IMG/VR virus record: IMGVR_UViG_3300049012_000012
Span: 1 to 46,704 of that record
DNA length: 46,704 nucleotides
Source: a virus
Lineage: Duplodnaviria > Caudoviricetes
Direction: 5' to 3' (one strand)
Under the pieces are notes generated by a model. The model searched no databases and was not told the origin of the DNA. It saw nothing but the letters and a program-made list of their open reading frames with translations. Of the stretch, positions 16,815 through 26,091 are shown piece by piece (positions within the stretch are counted from its first letter, which is position 1; each line of letters starts with the position of its first letter). The position numbers were made by a program, and so were the translations under genes.

Positions 16815-19142
16815 TCACGCAGCGTTGCAAGCCCGGTCAGCAATCGCCTTCAAACGCTCCCGGTGCGGCTTGAGCGGTGTTGCCACGAGGTCAGCCCACA
16901 TAGCGGCGATGCTCGCGTACCCGGCCTCGGTCGCCAGATCGGCCTCGGAGATGTTTGACACGCGCCACGGCACCACCAGCGAAGCGGGCTGAATGTTCGT
17001 ACCGGTCTCCGGCTCGATGTCGTGGATGCTGTGGGAGATCTCGCCGTCACACTGAGCCGGAAACGCTTGGGTGCCGATCATGGTGGCCATCGTGTTGGAG
17101 CCCCAATTGCGGATGCGCGCGCCTCGCAAGCGCATCCTGGAGGGGATGTTCTTGCTCGCAGCCGGGTAGACCGGTGTGACGTTGGTGCCGGTGCCGACGT
17201 TCACCCCGATGAGGCCGTGCTCGACGCTGTCCGCCGTGGTGTTCATGAACTGCGCGAGCCACCCGCGAGGCAGCACTCGGTCCGGCAGCACGTTGCCCGC
17301 GTTCGTCGAACCGACGCACGTGTTGTTCCACCCAGGTTGCCGCACGCCAAGCGGCCTGTACTTCTCGTAGTCGTCACCGTTGCCGCGTAGCATGTGGATG
17401 GGGTTCGTGATGAACAGATTCTCGTACACCTCGCCGCTACCACGGTGCTGCAACCCATGCGAGCAGGCGTGTCCGCTGATGTTGCGGCGGAAGACCACGT
17501 CCGTTGTGCGCGAGCTGAAGTAGCCGTTGTGCTTGAAGATGTCCGACCACTTGTTGTGGTTGCCCTCGATGAACCCGCATCGGATGGTGCGGCTGCCGGA
17601 TGGCGTGCCAGCGGTGCTTTGGTACTGGATGTTCTGCGACAGTGCGATGACCATGGCATCCGTCGCGTTGGTCCGCAGGCCGACGTACATGCGCGAGTTG
17701 TTCGCCCCGGTGTAGCCTGCGTAAGTGGGGCCTAGGGCGCCACCGATCTTCCCGAACACCACGCCCCCGTATGAAACGTCTGTGCCGCTGACGCCGATCT
17801 GCCCCGCGCCGTTCCCTTGGTGGCGCACCGTGAGTTGATCGGTGCTGACCCCGCCCGTCTGGATGTACGCGAACAGGTAGGAGATGCAGTCCGTGTCCGG
17901 GCCGTAGTACATGTCAGCCGGCCGGGCCGCGAAGTTGAGCGGACCCAGGTCAGAAAGCAGCGTGAGGGTGGCCGTTGCCGAGAGCGTCTGCGTGCGCTGT
18001 GGGATCGGATCGTAGTCGCGGTCGTCCTCATCGAACCCGCAGTGGAAGAAGATGCAGTCCTCCACCGTGACGTGGAAGATCAACCCGTTGGATTGCGAGT
18101 GGTCGTAGCGCCGGATGTTGTTCGTCCCGTGGACCGAACCCACCACGTCCCACGCATACACCGCGTTCACGGTGTCCGCCGAGACGCAAGTGACCGTGAC
18201 CGTCTCGGTCAAGGCATGCAACGGGTTGGCCCGCTGGTGCGTGTTGACGGGCACGTTGAACGTTCCGTTGCCCACGTTCCCGCCTCCGGCCACCGCTGTC
18301 GCCGGCACACCTGCCGTGACTGAGAAGGACCACGAGTCGCCCACGGCCCACGGCGTCGCACCTGCTGTGATGCTGAAGGCGTAGTACTCGTTCTGGTAGC
18401 GGTGCCCGACGGCGCCGTTCCCGTCGAGGTACATGCCCTGACCGTGCTGCTCACCGAAGCCCATGCCACGCTCGAACGAGCAGCGTGTCCACTTCTGCTT
18501 GGAGCCGCCGTTGGAGCCGGTCGGAACGTACTTGAACCGGCAGTTGAACCACTGCGTGTACGACCACGACACGCCCGTTCCGCACTGTGAGCCTGCGCTG
18601 TATTCGGCCGGTGTTGCTGCGATCCGAGGCCGCACGAACCCCAGGTTCTCGATCAGCAGGAAGCGGGTCGAATTGGCGCTGAAGCCAATCCACGCCATGT
18701 GCTTCGTCCAGGTTTCCGTCAGGTCAGCTTCACCCTGACGGAACTTGGCGAAGTTGGTGGGGTCGGCCGCGTCGTACGTGCTGATGAGCATCGGGTACTG
18801 CAAGTCGATGCCGCGCGGCGACGACGTGATGTTCGACCCACCCGGGAAGGTGCCGAAGCCGTCGTTGATGGTCGCGCCTTGCGGCACCAGACACCACGCG
18901 CCCGGGTTCGCCGCTGCCTTGGTGATCAGCGCGTTCAGCGTGAGCAGCGGCAGGGTGGGGTCGAGGCCCGTGTTGCTGTTGCTCGCGCTGGGGTGCGCTG
19001 GGTTGCAGTAGTAGACGTTCGCCGACGCGTGTTTGAACAGAATGGGGCGGCCGTTGTGCTCCCACCCGAATCCCAGGTTGAAGTGGCCGAGGTAGCGTGT
19101 GGATTCCTTCAGGGCGGAAGCCAGGAGGGTTAGATTCATCAT
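16815..19142 (-). CDS. Large right-handed beta-helix (pectin lyase-like) protein with inserted domains; putative depolymerase or head spike
   Basis: 775 aa. YYCNP..SASNSNTGLDPTLPLLTL start is typical of beta-helix proteins; LIENL, VTVEDCIF, HNGYF and VVFRRNI..HGLQHR..GEVYENLF resemble PbH1 repeats; GAAGGA RBS. Confidence 0.65.
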   Translation of the reverse strand: MMNLTLLASALKESTRYLGHFNLGFGWEHNGRPILFKHASANVYYCNPAHPSASNSNTGLDPTLPLLTLNALITKAAANPGAWCLVPQGATINDGFGTFPGGSNITSSPRGIDLQYPMLISTYDAADPTNFAKFRQGEADLTETWTKHMAWIGFSANSTRFLLIENLGFVRPRIAATPAEYSAGSQCGTGVSWSYTQWFNCRFKYVPTGSNGGSKQKWTRCSFERGMGFGEQHGQGMYLDGNGAVGHRYQNEYYAFSITAGATPWAVGDSWSFSVTAGVPATAVAGGGNVGNGTFNVPVNTHQRANPLHALTETVTVTCVSADTVNAVYAWDVVGSVHGTNNIRRYDHSQSNGLIFHVTVEDCIFFHCGFDEDDRDYDPIPQRTQTLSATATLTLLSDLGPLNFAARPADMYYGPDTDCISYLFAYIQTGGVSTDQLTVRHQGNGAGQIGVSGTDVSYGGVVFGKIGGALGPTYAGYTGANNSRMYVGLRTNATDAMVIALSQNIQYQSTAGTPSGSRTIRCGFIEGNHNKWSDIFKHNGYFSSRTTDVVFRRNISGHACSHGLQHRGSGEVYENLFITNPIHMLRGNGDDYEKYRPLGVRQPGWNNTCVGSTNAGNVLPDRVLPRGWLAQFMNTTADSVEHGLIGVNVGTGTNVTPVYPAASKNIPSRMRLRGARIRNWGSNTMATMIGTQAFPAQCDGEISHSIHDIEPETGTNIQPASLVVPWRVSNISEADLATEAGYASIAAMWADLVATPLKPHRERLKAIADRACNAA

Positions 19143-19160
19143 ATCGATGGGTCCTTCAGG

Positions 19161-20750
19161 TTACCACGTGCCCTTGGAGTAGCCGGTGATGCGGTACAGA
19201 CCTGCGCCCCCGTTCGCCAAGTGGTCGAACTTCCAGCCGATCAGGTAGCACTCGGTGTTCAGCAACGACGGAAAGTCAGCAGGCGGGGTGATGGTGCCCC
19301 AATGCCACTTGCCCGCCCAGCTTGGATTGGCGCCGCTGCCCTGGATGATCCAGCTGCCCTCTGCCCCGTTCGGCAGGTTGGTCAGGTTGTCAAACGTGTC
19401 GAGGGCCGTCAGCAGCGGAACTCGGCGGTGGGTCCCGTTGCCATCGTTGTAGTCGTAGGTGATCGACGCCGCACGGGCCTGGGCGACGTACGCGGTACCG
19501 TAGCCGGCACCTGAACTTGAACTGCCCGCGTTCCACTTGCCGGTCGCCAGGATGCCGAAGTCGAGGTCGGCCTGGAACACGGAGGCCATCGAGCAGCGGC
19601 TGAGGAGCGGGTAGAGCTCGACACTGTTGCGTGGCAGGTTCGTCGACAACGTGTGCGTGACCTCGACGCCGGTGTTCAGGTTCTTGGCCTTGCAGACGAA
19701 GGTCGCGCCCTGGTCACTGGTGTCGATTGTGAACTTGTACCCCACGAACTGACTGCGCGGGAAGTTGGTCGCTCCGAGGTCAATCTTGGTCGCGCCTCCC
19801 GCGTTGTCGTTGTGCATGATGAACATGTTCCCGTCCGCGCTGTCGCAGCCGAAGAAGATGTTGTCCGATGCCCACGCGGAAGGCTCCACCGAGGTGACTT
19901 CCGTGGGGGTGTTGTCGCCCTGGACGCCGACCATCAGGTTGCCCAGCGTCGGGCTTGCATCCCCGATGCCTACAACGAAGACAAGCGGAAAGCGGCCACG
20001 CGGCTTCAGGACGCCGCTGCGCACCTGCATGACGTTGAACCAGATTGCAGCTGCGCGGTTGATCGCCGAAGCACCTGCACGGTACCGCTGCCGACGGATG
20101 TAGCCGTAGGGGCCTCCCGCTCCACCTTCACTCACTGCCGTCGTGCCGGATGCCGTGCAGGTGTCAAGCAGGGTTGGGTTCGAACAGCCGATGGCCTGCA
20201 CAGACGTGCCGCCGATACTGCCGGGGGCGCACATGCCGAAGTTGCTTTCGGCCAGGTCCTCGATCCCGTTGGACGAACTGCCCCCGCTGCCCGTGACCGT
20301 GCAGGTCAGCACGCCCGTGGTGTCGTTGTACGAGAACGAGCAGCCGACGTGGGTGCCGTTCAGGATCATCGTCGAGGCGGTGTCCTGGATGAGCTCGGCG
20401 AGGGAGGCCGTTGGAGTGTAGGCGTTGAGATCGGCATCGTCGGCCTTGGAGGCCAGGGCAGCGGTGGTCGCCGTGGCGTCAGCCTTGGCAGCCAGCGCGT
20501 TGGCGAGCGGCGTGTTGTTGGCCGGCAGGTCGTACGTGGTGCGGTCGGTCAATGCAGCCATCGTGCTGACGCCTGCCCCGCCAGTGTTGTCGGCCAGGAT
20601 CTCGGTCTCACTGACCGCACCTGCCGCGATGAGCGCCGATTGCAGCGTGGGGTCGTTGGTGTTGAACCACCCACCTCCGTCAGCGTCGAGACGCCCGTAC
20701 TGCGGGATGTTGATCGACGAGACGAAGAACGGAATCTTGTAGCGTGCCAT
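19161..20750 (-). CDS. Putative fibre protein (head or tail fibre)
   Basis: 529 aa, Gly/Ser/Thr/Ala-rich; coiled-coil ALAAKADA segment; AELIQD..M..G....YNDTTG fibre-type motif; lectin-like middle; NLTNLPNG..W..W.WG..PP C-terminal fibre domain. Confidence 0.55.
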   Translation of the reverse strand: MARYKIPFFVSSINIPQYGRLDADGGGWFNTNDPTLQSALIAAGAVSETEILADNTGGAGVSTMAALTDRTTYDLPANNTPLANALAAKADATATTAALASKADDADLNAYTPTASLAELIQDTASTMILNGTHVGCSFSYNDTTGVLTCTVTGSGGSSSNGIEDLAESNFGMCAPGSIGGTSVQAIGCSNPTLLDTCTASGTTAVSEGGAGGPYGYIRRQRYRAGASAINRAAAIWFNVMQVRSGVLKPRGRFPLVFVVGIGDASPTLGNLMVGVQGDNTPTEVTSVEPSAWASDNIFFGCDSADGNMFIMHNDNAGGATKIDLGATNFPRSQFVGYKFTIDTSDQGATFVCKAKNLNTGVEVTHTLSTNLPRNSVELYPLLSRCSMASVFQADLDFGILATGKWNAGSSSSGAGYGTAYVAQARAASITYDYNDGNGTHRRVPLLTALDTFDNLTNLPNGAEGSWIIQGSGANPSWAGKWHWGTITPPADFPSLLNTECYLIGWKFDHLANGGAGLYRITGYSKGTW

Positions 20751-22192
20751 TAGGCTTCCTTTCGAGTGGCGTCCTTATCGGACTTCAGTTGCTTGAGGTA
20801 GTTCAGCATTCCGAGCGTGGACTGCTTGATGAGAGGCTCGAGCGCGTAGCGCACTGCATCCCAGATGTGGTTGTGCTTGTCTTCGATGTCAGTCGTAACG
20901 TCCTTGGTGAGTCGGTCTACCTTGAACGAATACAACCGGGCCTCCTCCTGAGCGTGCTTGCATCGTGGATGGATCACGATCGCTTTGAACGAGCGGAGGA
21001 ACGCAATCCCGTCCTCGACCGATCCCTGCCATTTTGAGGCGCCAGTCACTCCGCCGTAGCCGTGACGGTTCATGTAGCTGATGGTCTCAGGCCGCGCGCT
21101 GTCGGCCCTGATCTTTGCCTTACGCGCGCCTGGGATGCCATCGAAGAGCTCAGGCGTGTCGTCGATGTCTACGTGATGCCCGTAGGCCTCGTTGTAGATG
21201 TACAGCGTGTTGTCGTGGATGAACAGCTGCACCAGCGCGGTGGGGTCGACGCTGAAGCCCCAGTCGGCTCCGTAGTAGGGGCCGTCCCAGTCAGGCTCGG
21301 GTGTGAAGGCCTCCACCCTGTACTTGCCTCGGAAGATCTGGGCCTCGCTGTTGGTGCGGAAGCCTCCACCCCACACGTGCGCTGCCGCCTCGGGGTCGAT
21401 CTTGTACAGGTACTCCATCTCCTCCCGGAGTTCCTTGGGCAGCCACGGGTTGTCCTCGTGCCCGATCTTCTGCACCCACGCCCCAGGTGGCGCGTTCAGC
21501 AGGAAGCGCACGCTGGTGGGGTCGGTCTCCAGGTCAGGGTTGAACGTCACCCAGATCTCAGAGCCCGGCTTGCGGATCGTGGGGATCAGCACCTGCCACG
21601 AGTGGTTGGAGACCTTCTCGGCCTCTTCCGCCCAGCAGATGTCCGCGCCCTCGAACGACTTGATCTTGGTGACGTTGTTCTTGATGCCGACGAAGAAGAA
21701 CTCACTGCCTGTGGCGGTGCAGATGATGGTGGTCTTCTGCACCTCGTAGCGCGCACGCAGCCACGGCTCATTGGCGATCTGATCGGCGAGCAGCTTGTGC
21801 ACCGACTCACTGATCGAGACCTGTAGCTCCCGTGCGCATAGGATGCGCAGCTTCGTGTGCGCTGCCATCATCAGCAGCGTCTTCGCTACGCCCCATGACT
21901 TCGCGCCACCTCGCCCACCCCAGAGCACCTTGTACCGCTTCGGCTTGAAGAGGCCTCCCAGCTTGCGGGGCAAGCGTAGGCGGGGCTTTGGGATGCTGTC
22001 AGGGTCCTGGGGTAGGGTGACCCCTAGCTCCGGGTACAGCCGTGGCACTGAGGCCGCACCGTTGGGTGCAGCGGCCGGACGGTGCGGCCCCCGGTGCTTG
22101 GAAGCAGCGAGGGCCTTGCCTGCCTGCTTGACAGGGAGGGTGACTGGTGTGGAGCGCGTTATGCGCTCAGCACTACGAACGCGCGTTGCCAT
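20750..22192 (-). CDS. terL: Terminase large subunit (PBSX/SPP1-like, Terminase_3)
   Basis: Walker A GGRGGAKS, ILCARE, Walker B CWAEEA, TFNP, nuclease GADWGF, ADSARP and HIWDAVRYA. Confidence 0.96.
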   Translation of the reverse strand: MATRVRSAERITRSTPVTLPVKQAGKALAASKHRGPHRPAAAPNGAASVPRLYPELGVTLPQDPDSIPKPRLRLPRKLGGLFKPKRYKVLWGGRGGAKSWGVAKTLLMMAAHTKLRILCARELQVSISESVHKLLADQIANEPWLRARYEVQKTTIICTATGSEFFFVGIKNNVTKIKSFEGADICWAEEAEKVSNHSWQVLIPTIRKPGSEIWVTFNPDLETDPTSVRFLLNAPPGAWVQKIGHEDNPWLPKELREEMEYLYKIDPEAAAHVWGGGFRTNSEAQIFRGKYRVEAFTPEPDWDGPYYGADWGFSVDPTALVQLFIHDNTLYIYNEAYGHHVDIDDTPELFDGIPGARKAKIRADSARPETISYMNRHGYGGVTGASKWQGSVEDGIAFLRSFKAIVIHPRCKHAQEEARLYSFKVDRLTKDVTTDIEDKHNHIWDAVRYALEPLIKQSTLGMLNYLKQLKSDKDATRKEA

Positions 22193-22547
22193 GACGAGGA
22201 AGGACGCTCAGGTCCAGGTAGAGATGGGGGCAGAGCCGCAAGTGTAGCGACCATGCGAGTCGGCCGTGTGGCTTGACTGATGGACGGACGTGTGCGTAGT
22301 CGGGGTACGCCCCTACGACCTCGATGAGAGCGAGGACCAACTGCTCGGCTGGTGCTGCGTCGCTGATCCAGGGTACTGCGATCAAGTCAAGGTCTCGGCG
22401 CATCGTACCATGCACACCGATGGAGTACCCCAAGCGCCACGCTGCGTCCCTGATGTCAGGCAACAGGCGCTCGTAGATGGCAGTGCGCTCAGGGCCGACC
22501 TCAATCCACGGGATCATCTTTGTACTTCTCGTCGCAGGGGCGGACAC
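22173..22547 (-). CDS. Hypothetical protein between terS and terL (possible nucleotidyltransferase-like fold)
   Basis: GYSIGVHGTMRRDLDLIAVPW resembles a G[ST]..RD.D motif; KPHGR; start uncertain. Confidence 0.65.
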   Translation of the reverse strand: MSAPATRSTKMIPWIEVGPERTAIYERLLPDIRDAAWRLGYSIGVHGTMRRDLDLIAVPWISDAAPAEQLVLALIEVVGAYPDYAHVRPSVKPHGRLAWSLHLRLCPHLYLDLSVLPRHGNARS

Positions 22548-22561
22548 CGTCAGGCAGTGGG

Positions 22562-23017
22562 CTACTCGGCGGGTTCATCAGGCACCTCGGTTGCTTCGAC
22601 ATCGATGAAGTCCACGTAGAACTTCTCGAGGCCCAGACGCTGGATCTCGCCCTCGGGTGTGGGGTTGCTGCCCACAGGCCGGAGCTCGATGTTGGCGATC
22701 TTGGCGTGGATGTAGGGAGCGGCCTCCTTGGCGAAGGGCGCTGCATGGATGGCTCCGCCCAGCTTGTACGCGACGCGCATGGCCTCGACCATCACGTCCA
22801 GAGGGGTGGCGCGTGGGTCGAGCTCCACGCCCGCCATGTCGAGCATGCGCTTGCCCTCGGCGATCTGGTTGGCGACCTCGTAGCTGACGCGCTTGGCGAC
22901 TGCCTGTTTGCTGGGCCTGCCTGCTCCGGGTCGAGCACCCCCGCGCTTGGGTTTGGCGAGGATGTCTGCGACCGGCACATCAGGCATCTTCTTCCGTGCT
23001 GTTCTGGTCTTGGTCAT
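22562..23017 (-). CDS. terS: Terminase small subunit
   Basis: RGGARPGAGRP, TPLDVM and AKEAAPYIHAK motifs; upstream of terL. Confidence 0.8.
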   Translation of the reverse strand: MTKTRTARKKMPDVPVADILAKPKRGGARPGAGRPSKQAVAKRVSYEVANQIAEGKRMLDMAGVELDPRATPLDVMVEAMRVAYKLGGAIHAAPFAKEAAPYIHAKIANIELRPVGSNPTPEGEIQRLGLEKFYVDFIDVEATEVPDEPAE

Positions 23018-23124
23018 GATCGGTTAGTCGGACGAATCAACGCTTCAGTGTCGCACGCACTCGGGGAGGGGCGCAGACACCGCGACAGACGACAGGAACT
23101 GGACAACCGTATCAGTCATCGGAT

Positions 23125-23340
23125 GGAACCGGTGGCGCACTGATTATTCCGAGTGGTTCCTCCTGCACCTGCGAAGCTTCCACACTGTGGCGCCGCTGCG
23201 GCTGTAGCAAACCCAAGACAAGTGGACGTCCGGGACCGGTTCCAGTGGTTGGGGTTTTAAAACCCCCCAACCCAGGAACCGGTTCCTTTTGACCCACTGG
23301 AACCGGTTCCTCCTGAGATGGAACTGGAGGAACCGCTTCG
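23125..23340. repeat. Palindromic iteron-like cluster; candidate replication origin or packaging site
   Basis: GGAACCGGTTCC at 23275-23286 and 23299-23310, variants at 23125, 23232 and 23329, central palindrome GGGGTTTTAAAACCCC at 23251-23266. Lies between primase-helicase and terS. Confidence 0.8.
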
Positions 23341-23485
23341 GAATGTTTGGCCTCGTTTGCAGCCCTGAACATGCCTCCCCAGGAGAGCACGGGAGCCGCT
23401 TGAAATCCCATGGCAAACCATCTGAAGCGGGGCACCTGCCGCTCCAGCTGTCGGCACAGGGTCGTGTAGGGGTGGGGCACTTGTT

Positions 23486-25672
23486 TCATCGCTTGTCCTC
23501 GTGTTGCTTGAGCTTGAACCACGCGCGTCCGGCCTTCGTGACCCGACTCATGCGCGCACCCTTGGGGCCATCCTCTGTCTCTATCCAGTCCTGCTCAGCG
23601 CAGTACTCCAGCACCTCCGCCATGCGCCGCTTGTGCACCTTACTCTCGACCGCGAGGGCCGTGCTGCTGAGGAAGTCGTCATGGTCGCAGAGCGCCTGCA
23701 TGACGCGCACCGCGTTGCTCAGGATCACCGCCTGGGAGGCCTCAGCCTTCTGGTGCTCCTGCACCTCCTTGATGGCGCTGCTGTCCAGCTTCACGATGTC
23801 CGGCCGGGGGATCAGGCGTGGCCCCTTGCGCTCAAACACCTGCTCCTTGAGCGGGGCGCTGTAGTTGTGCTTGACGTGCTTCAGCACCGCGTAGCGGCTG
23901 GTGGTGGCCTGCTCAGGGGGCAGTCCGTAGTTCGCTGCGTCCTTGATGGGCATGCCCACCAGCACGGCCACGGAGCGCGCGTTGTCGGCGAAGCTGGAGG
24001 CACCACGGAGGCTGCCCTGGTGGATGTCGTCGAGCGCAGCCCAGCCGGACATCTTGTTCATGTGGTGCAGCACGATGACCGCAACGCCCGCCTGCTTGGC
24101 GATGTGCGTGAGCGTCTGCATGTACTGCGCCATGTCGGCGATCGAGTTCTCCTCCAGCTGGTGGGTGTACACCGCAGGGTCCAGGACCAGCAGCTTGATG
24201 TCCAGGTACTTGAGGGTGCTGACCAACCACTCGACGCGCTCCGTGCGCTCGGCAGGGCCGAAGCGGTCGGGCTTGGTGAGCAGGAGCCACTGAGGCGCCT
24301 CCTCATCGGTGGCGAACATCAGCAGGTTCTTGCGGATCGAGCCGTTCACGTCATAGAGCGTGTCCAGCACCCCGTCGTCTTGCAGCCGGAGGTCCGCAGC
24401 GAGCGCGTGCGTGCGCTTATGTAGCTCCTGTTGATCGTCCTCGTAAGAGACGTATAGCGACCGAACAGGCTGTCGAGGTGCGAACTCTGCCCACTGCTGG
24501 CCCATTGCGGCATGGACGAGGACGTGGAGCATGAGCATGGACTTGGACACTCCCCCTGGACCAGCCAGTACCGTGACCTTGCCCACAGGGGCCAACTGTT
24601 CGATGGCCCACTCACGTTCAACGGGTGTTGTATCGAGCAGCCTGCCAAGATCAGCCTTGGCACGAAACGCGTCTGCGTCATCTAGGACTCCTGCTTCGGC
24701 TTGCTCGCGGTCAGTAAGGTGGCCTTCTGCCTTGAGCCAGCGGACGAGCTTGTGGAAGGTGAGGTGGAACTCACCGTCAACGTCAGGCGCGGTGTCGAAG
24801 CACTTGACAGCAGGACGGGGATTGCCGTCGAAGTGCGCTTCGTAGTAGACGGTCTGTGTGTCATTCTCGGCCTCGTGTTGGTCGGCGAAGGGGCACGTGA
24901 TGAAGTGCATGCCCTTGTGCTTGGGGTTGGGCCTGAGGTACAGACCCGCCTGCTTCAGCGCGTTGAGAACGTGGTCCGGGCGCTCGTCGGGGATGTCAGC
25001 AGGAGCCTTAGAGCGTCTATCTGGTGATCCTTCAGCACCATCGGCGTCGCCACGAACTGCGGACCATCCCTTGCCGGTGTGGTGACTCTCGTAGAAGGCG
25101 CCACCCTTGAGCTTCGCAGGGAGGTACATCGGCTGGGACAGCACCCACGATTCGGGCTTGCACCACTCCTTGATGCCGAGGCGTTCAGCAGCCTGGAGCG
25201 TGCTGGCCTTGAGAGCCGCTTGCATGGCCTCGGTGTCGCCCGTGATTGGCTTGCCCAATGGCAAGACCACACGGTAGCGCGGGGAGCCGGGAGTATGGCT
25301 GAGACTCGTGTACACCCAGCCACTACCTCCAAGGCCTTGTATACGTTGTGCGACAAGATCTGGAGCTGGTGGGGGGCCGTCATCGTGTTCACCTTGTTCA
25401 ATGTCCAGGGTTAGCAGCGTGCGGCTCTTGACGTTCGCGTCGTCACGCTTGTTGGGGGACAGCACTCCGCCGATGAAGTAGGACAGAGCCTTCTTCACGT
25501 CAGAGCGCTCGCGCTTCGTACCGTTGTGGTACTTGATGCTGGGGACAGCCAGCTGGACGGGCTCTGCGAAGGCCTCTCGCAGGTCGTCAAGTGTCTCCTC
25601 GGGCGAGGACGACTTGACTCGGGTGTTGTGCACACCTCCGCTCGTCACGTAGCTGTATGGGCTAGCGGCCAT
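23486..25672 (-). CDS. Primase-helicase (N-terminal primase-like domain, Cys/His Zn-like motif, C-terminal AAA_25/RepA-type helicase)
   Basis: LTLDIE, YTSLSH..RYRVVLP, CPFADQH..C, Walker A-like GPGGVSKS, LLVLDP, IVLHHMNK and LRGASS. ATG at 25672 has an AAGGAG RBS. Confidence 0.9.
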   Translation of the reverse strand: MAASPYSYVTSGGVHNTRVKSSSPEETLDDLREAFAEPVQLAVPSIKYHNGTKRERSDVKKALSYFIGGVLSPNKRDDANVKSRTLLTLDIEQGEHDDGPPPAPDLVAQRIQGLGGSGWVYTSLSHTPGSPRYRVVLPLGKPITGDTEAMQAALKASTLQAAERLGIKEWCKPESWVLSQPMYLPAKLKGGAFYESHHTGKGWSAVRGDADGAEGSPDRRSKAPADIPDERPDHVLNALKQAGLYLRPNPKHKGMHFITCPFADQHEAENDTQTVYYEAHFDGNPRPAVKCFDTAPDVDGEFHLTFHKLVRWLKAEGHLTDREQAEAGVLDDADAFRAKADLGRLLDTTPVEREWAIEQLAPVGKVTVLAGPGGVSKSMLMLHVLVHAAMGQQWAEFAPRQPVRSLYVSYEDDQQELHKRTHALAADLRLQDDGVLDTLYDVNGSIRKNLLMFATDEEAPQWLLLTKPDRFGPAERTERVEWLVSTLKYLDIKLLVLDPAVYTHQLEENSIADMAQYMQTLTHIAKQAGVAVIVLHHMNKMSGWAALDDIHQGSLRGASSFADNARSVAVLVGMPIKDAANYGLPPEQATTSRYAVLKHVKHNYSAPLKEQVFERKGPRLIPRPDIVKLDSSAIKEVQEHQKAEASQAVILSNAVRVMQALCDHDDFLSSTALAVESKVHKRRMAEVLEYCAEQDWIETEDGPKGARMSRVTKAGRAWFKLKQHEDKR

Positions 25673-25918
25673 ACGGTTCACACTCCTTAGGGCAGGGGGG
25701 TCCATTGTCCGTGCTTGTTAAAGGGCACCGCTCTGACGGCCTGCGCTACCGTTGGTATCTGCGCTGTTGCGCCGGGCAAGGCACACTGCGTGCCGTGGTT
25801 GCTGCGTGTGTGGGGTGGGGCGACTGGTTCCTTTCACACTCCTTTCGGGCGATGCCCCGCAGCGCAGCAACCACCCTTCCCTTCCGAGGGTGCACCTGAG
25901 AGCAGCATCCTCCTTGAC

Positions 25919-25954
25919 CGGCCCCGGCGCTTCACGGCTCCGGGGCCTCTTTTT
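25919..25954 (+). terminator. Possible intrinsic terminator in the divergent intergenic region
   Basis: GGCCCCGG...CCGGGGCC stem followed by TCTTTTT. Confidence 0.5.
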
Positions 25955-26007
25955 CGCCCGCTCGGGAGAGCCGGCTGAACTGGCGAATAACCCCAATTCC
26001 AGAAAGC

Positions 26008-26046
26008 TCTTGACGATCATTCGCGGGGCATGAGACTATTCGTTCA
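26008..26046 (+). promoter_or_regulatory. Conserved early promoter, copy 1
   Basis: TTGACG-18 nt-GACTAT with an extended TG; shares ATTCGYGG..CATG and ATTCGTTCA with the copies at 27305 and 43025. Confidence 0.7.
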
Positions 26047-26091
26047 CTGCAACGCGAATGTCGCAAGCAGCAACGAAACCAGGAGCCTCTC

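Noticed and set aside
23232-23286. Protelomerase target site of a linear plasmid prophage
   Set aside because: No protelomerase or tyrosine recombinase gene and no ParA were recognised.
23112-23522. ORFs across the palindromic repeat region
   Set aside because: Their translations (EPVPV, RNRF repeats) merely reflect the DNA repeats; the region is more plausibly non-coding.
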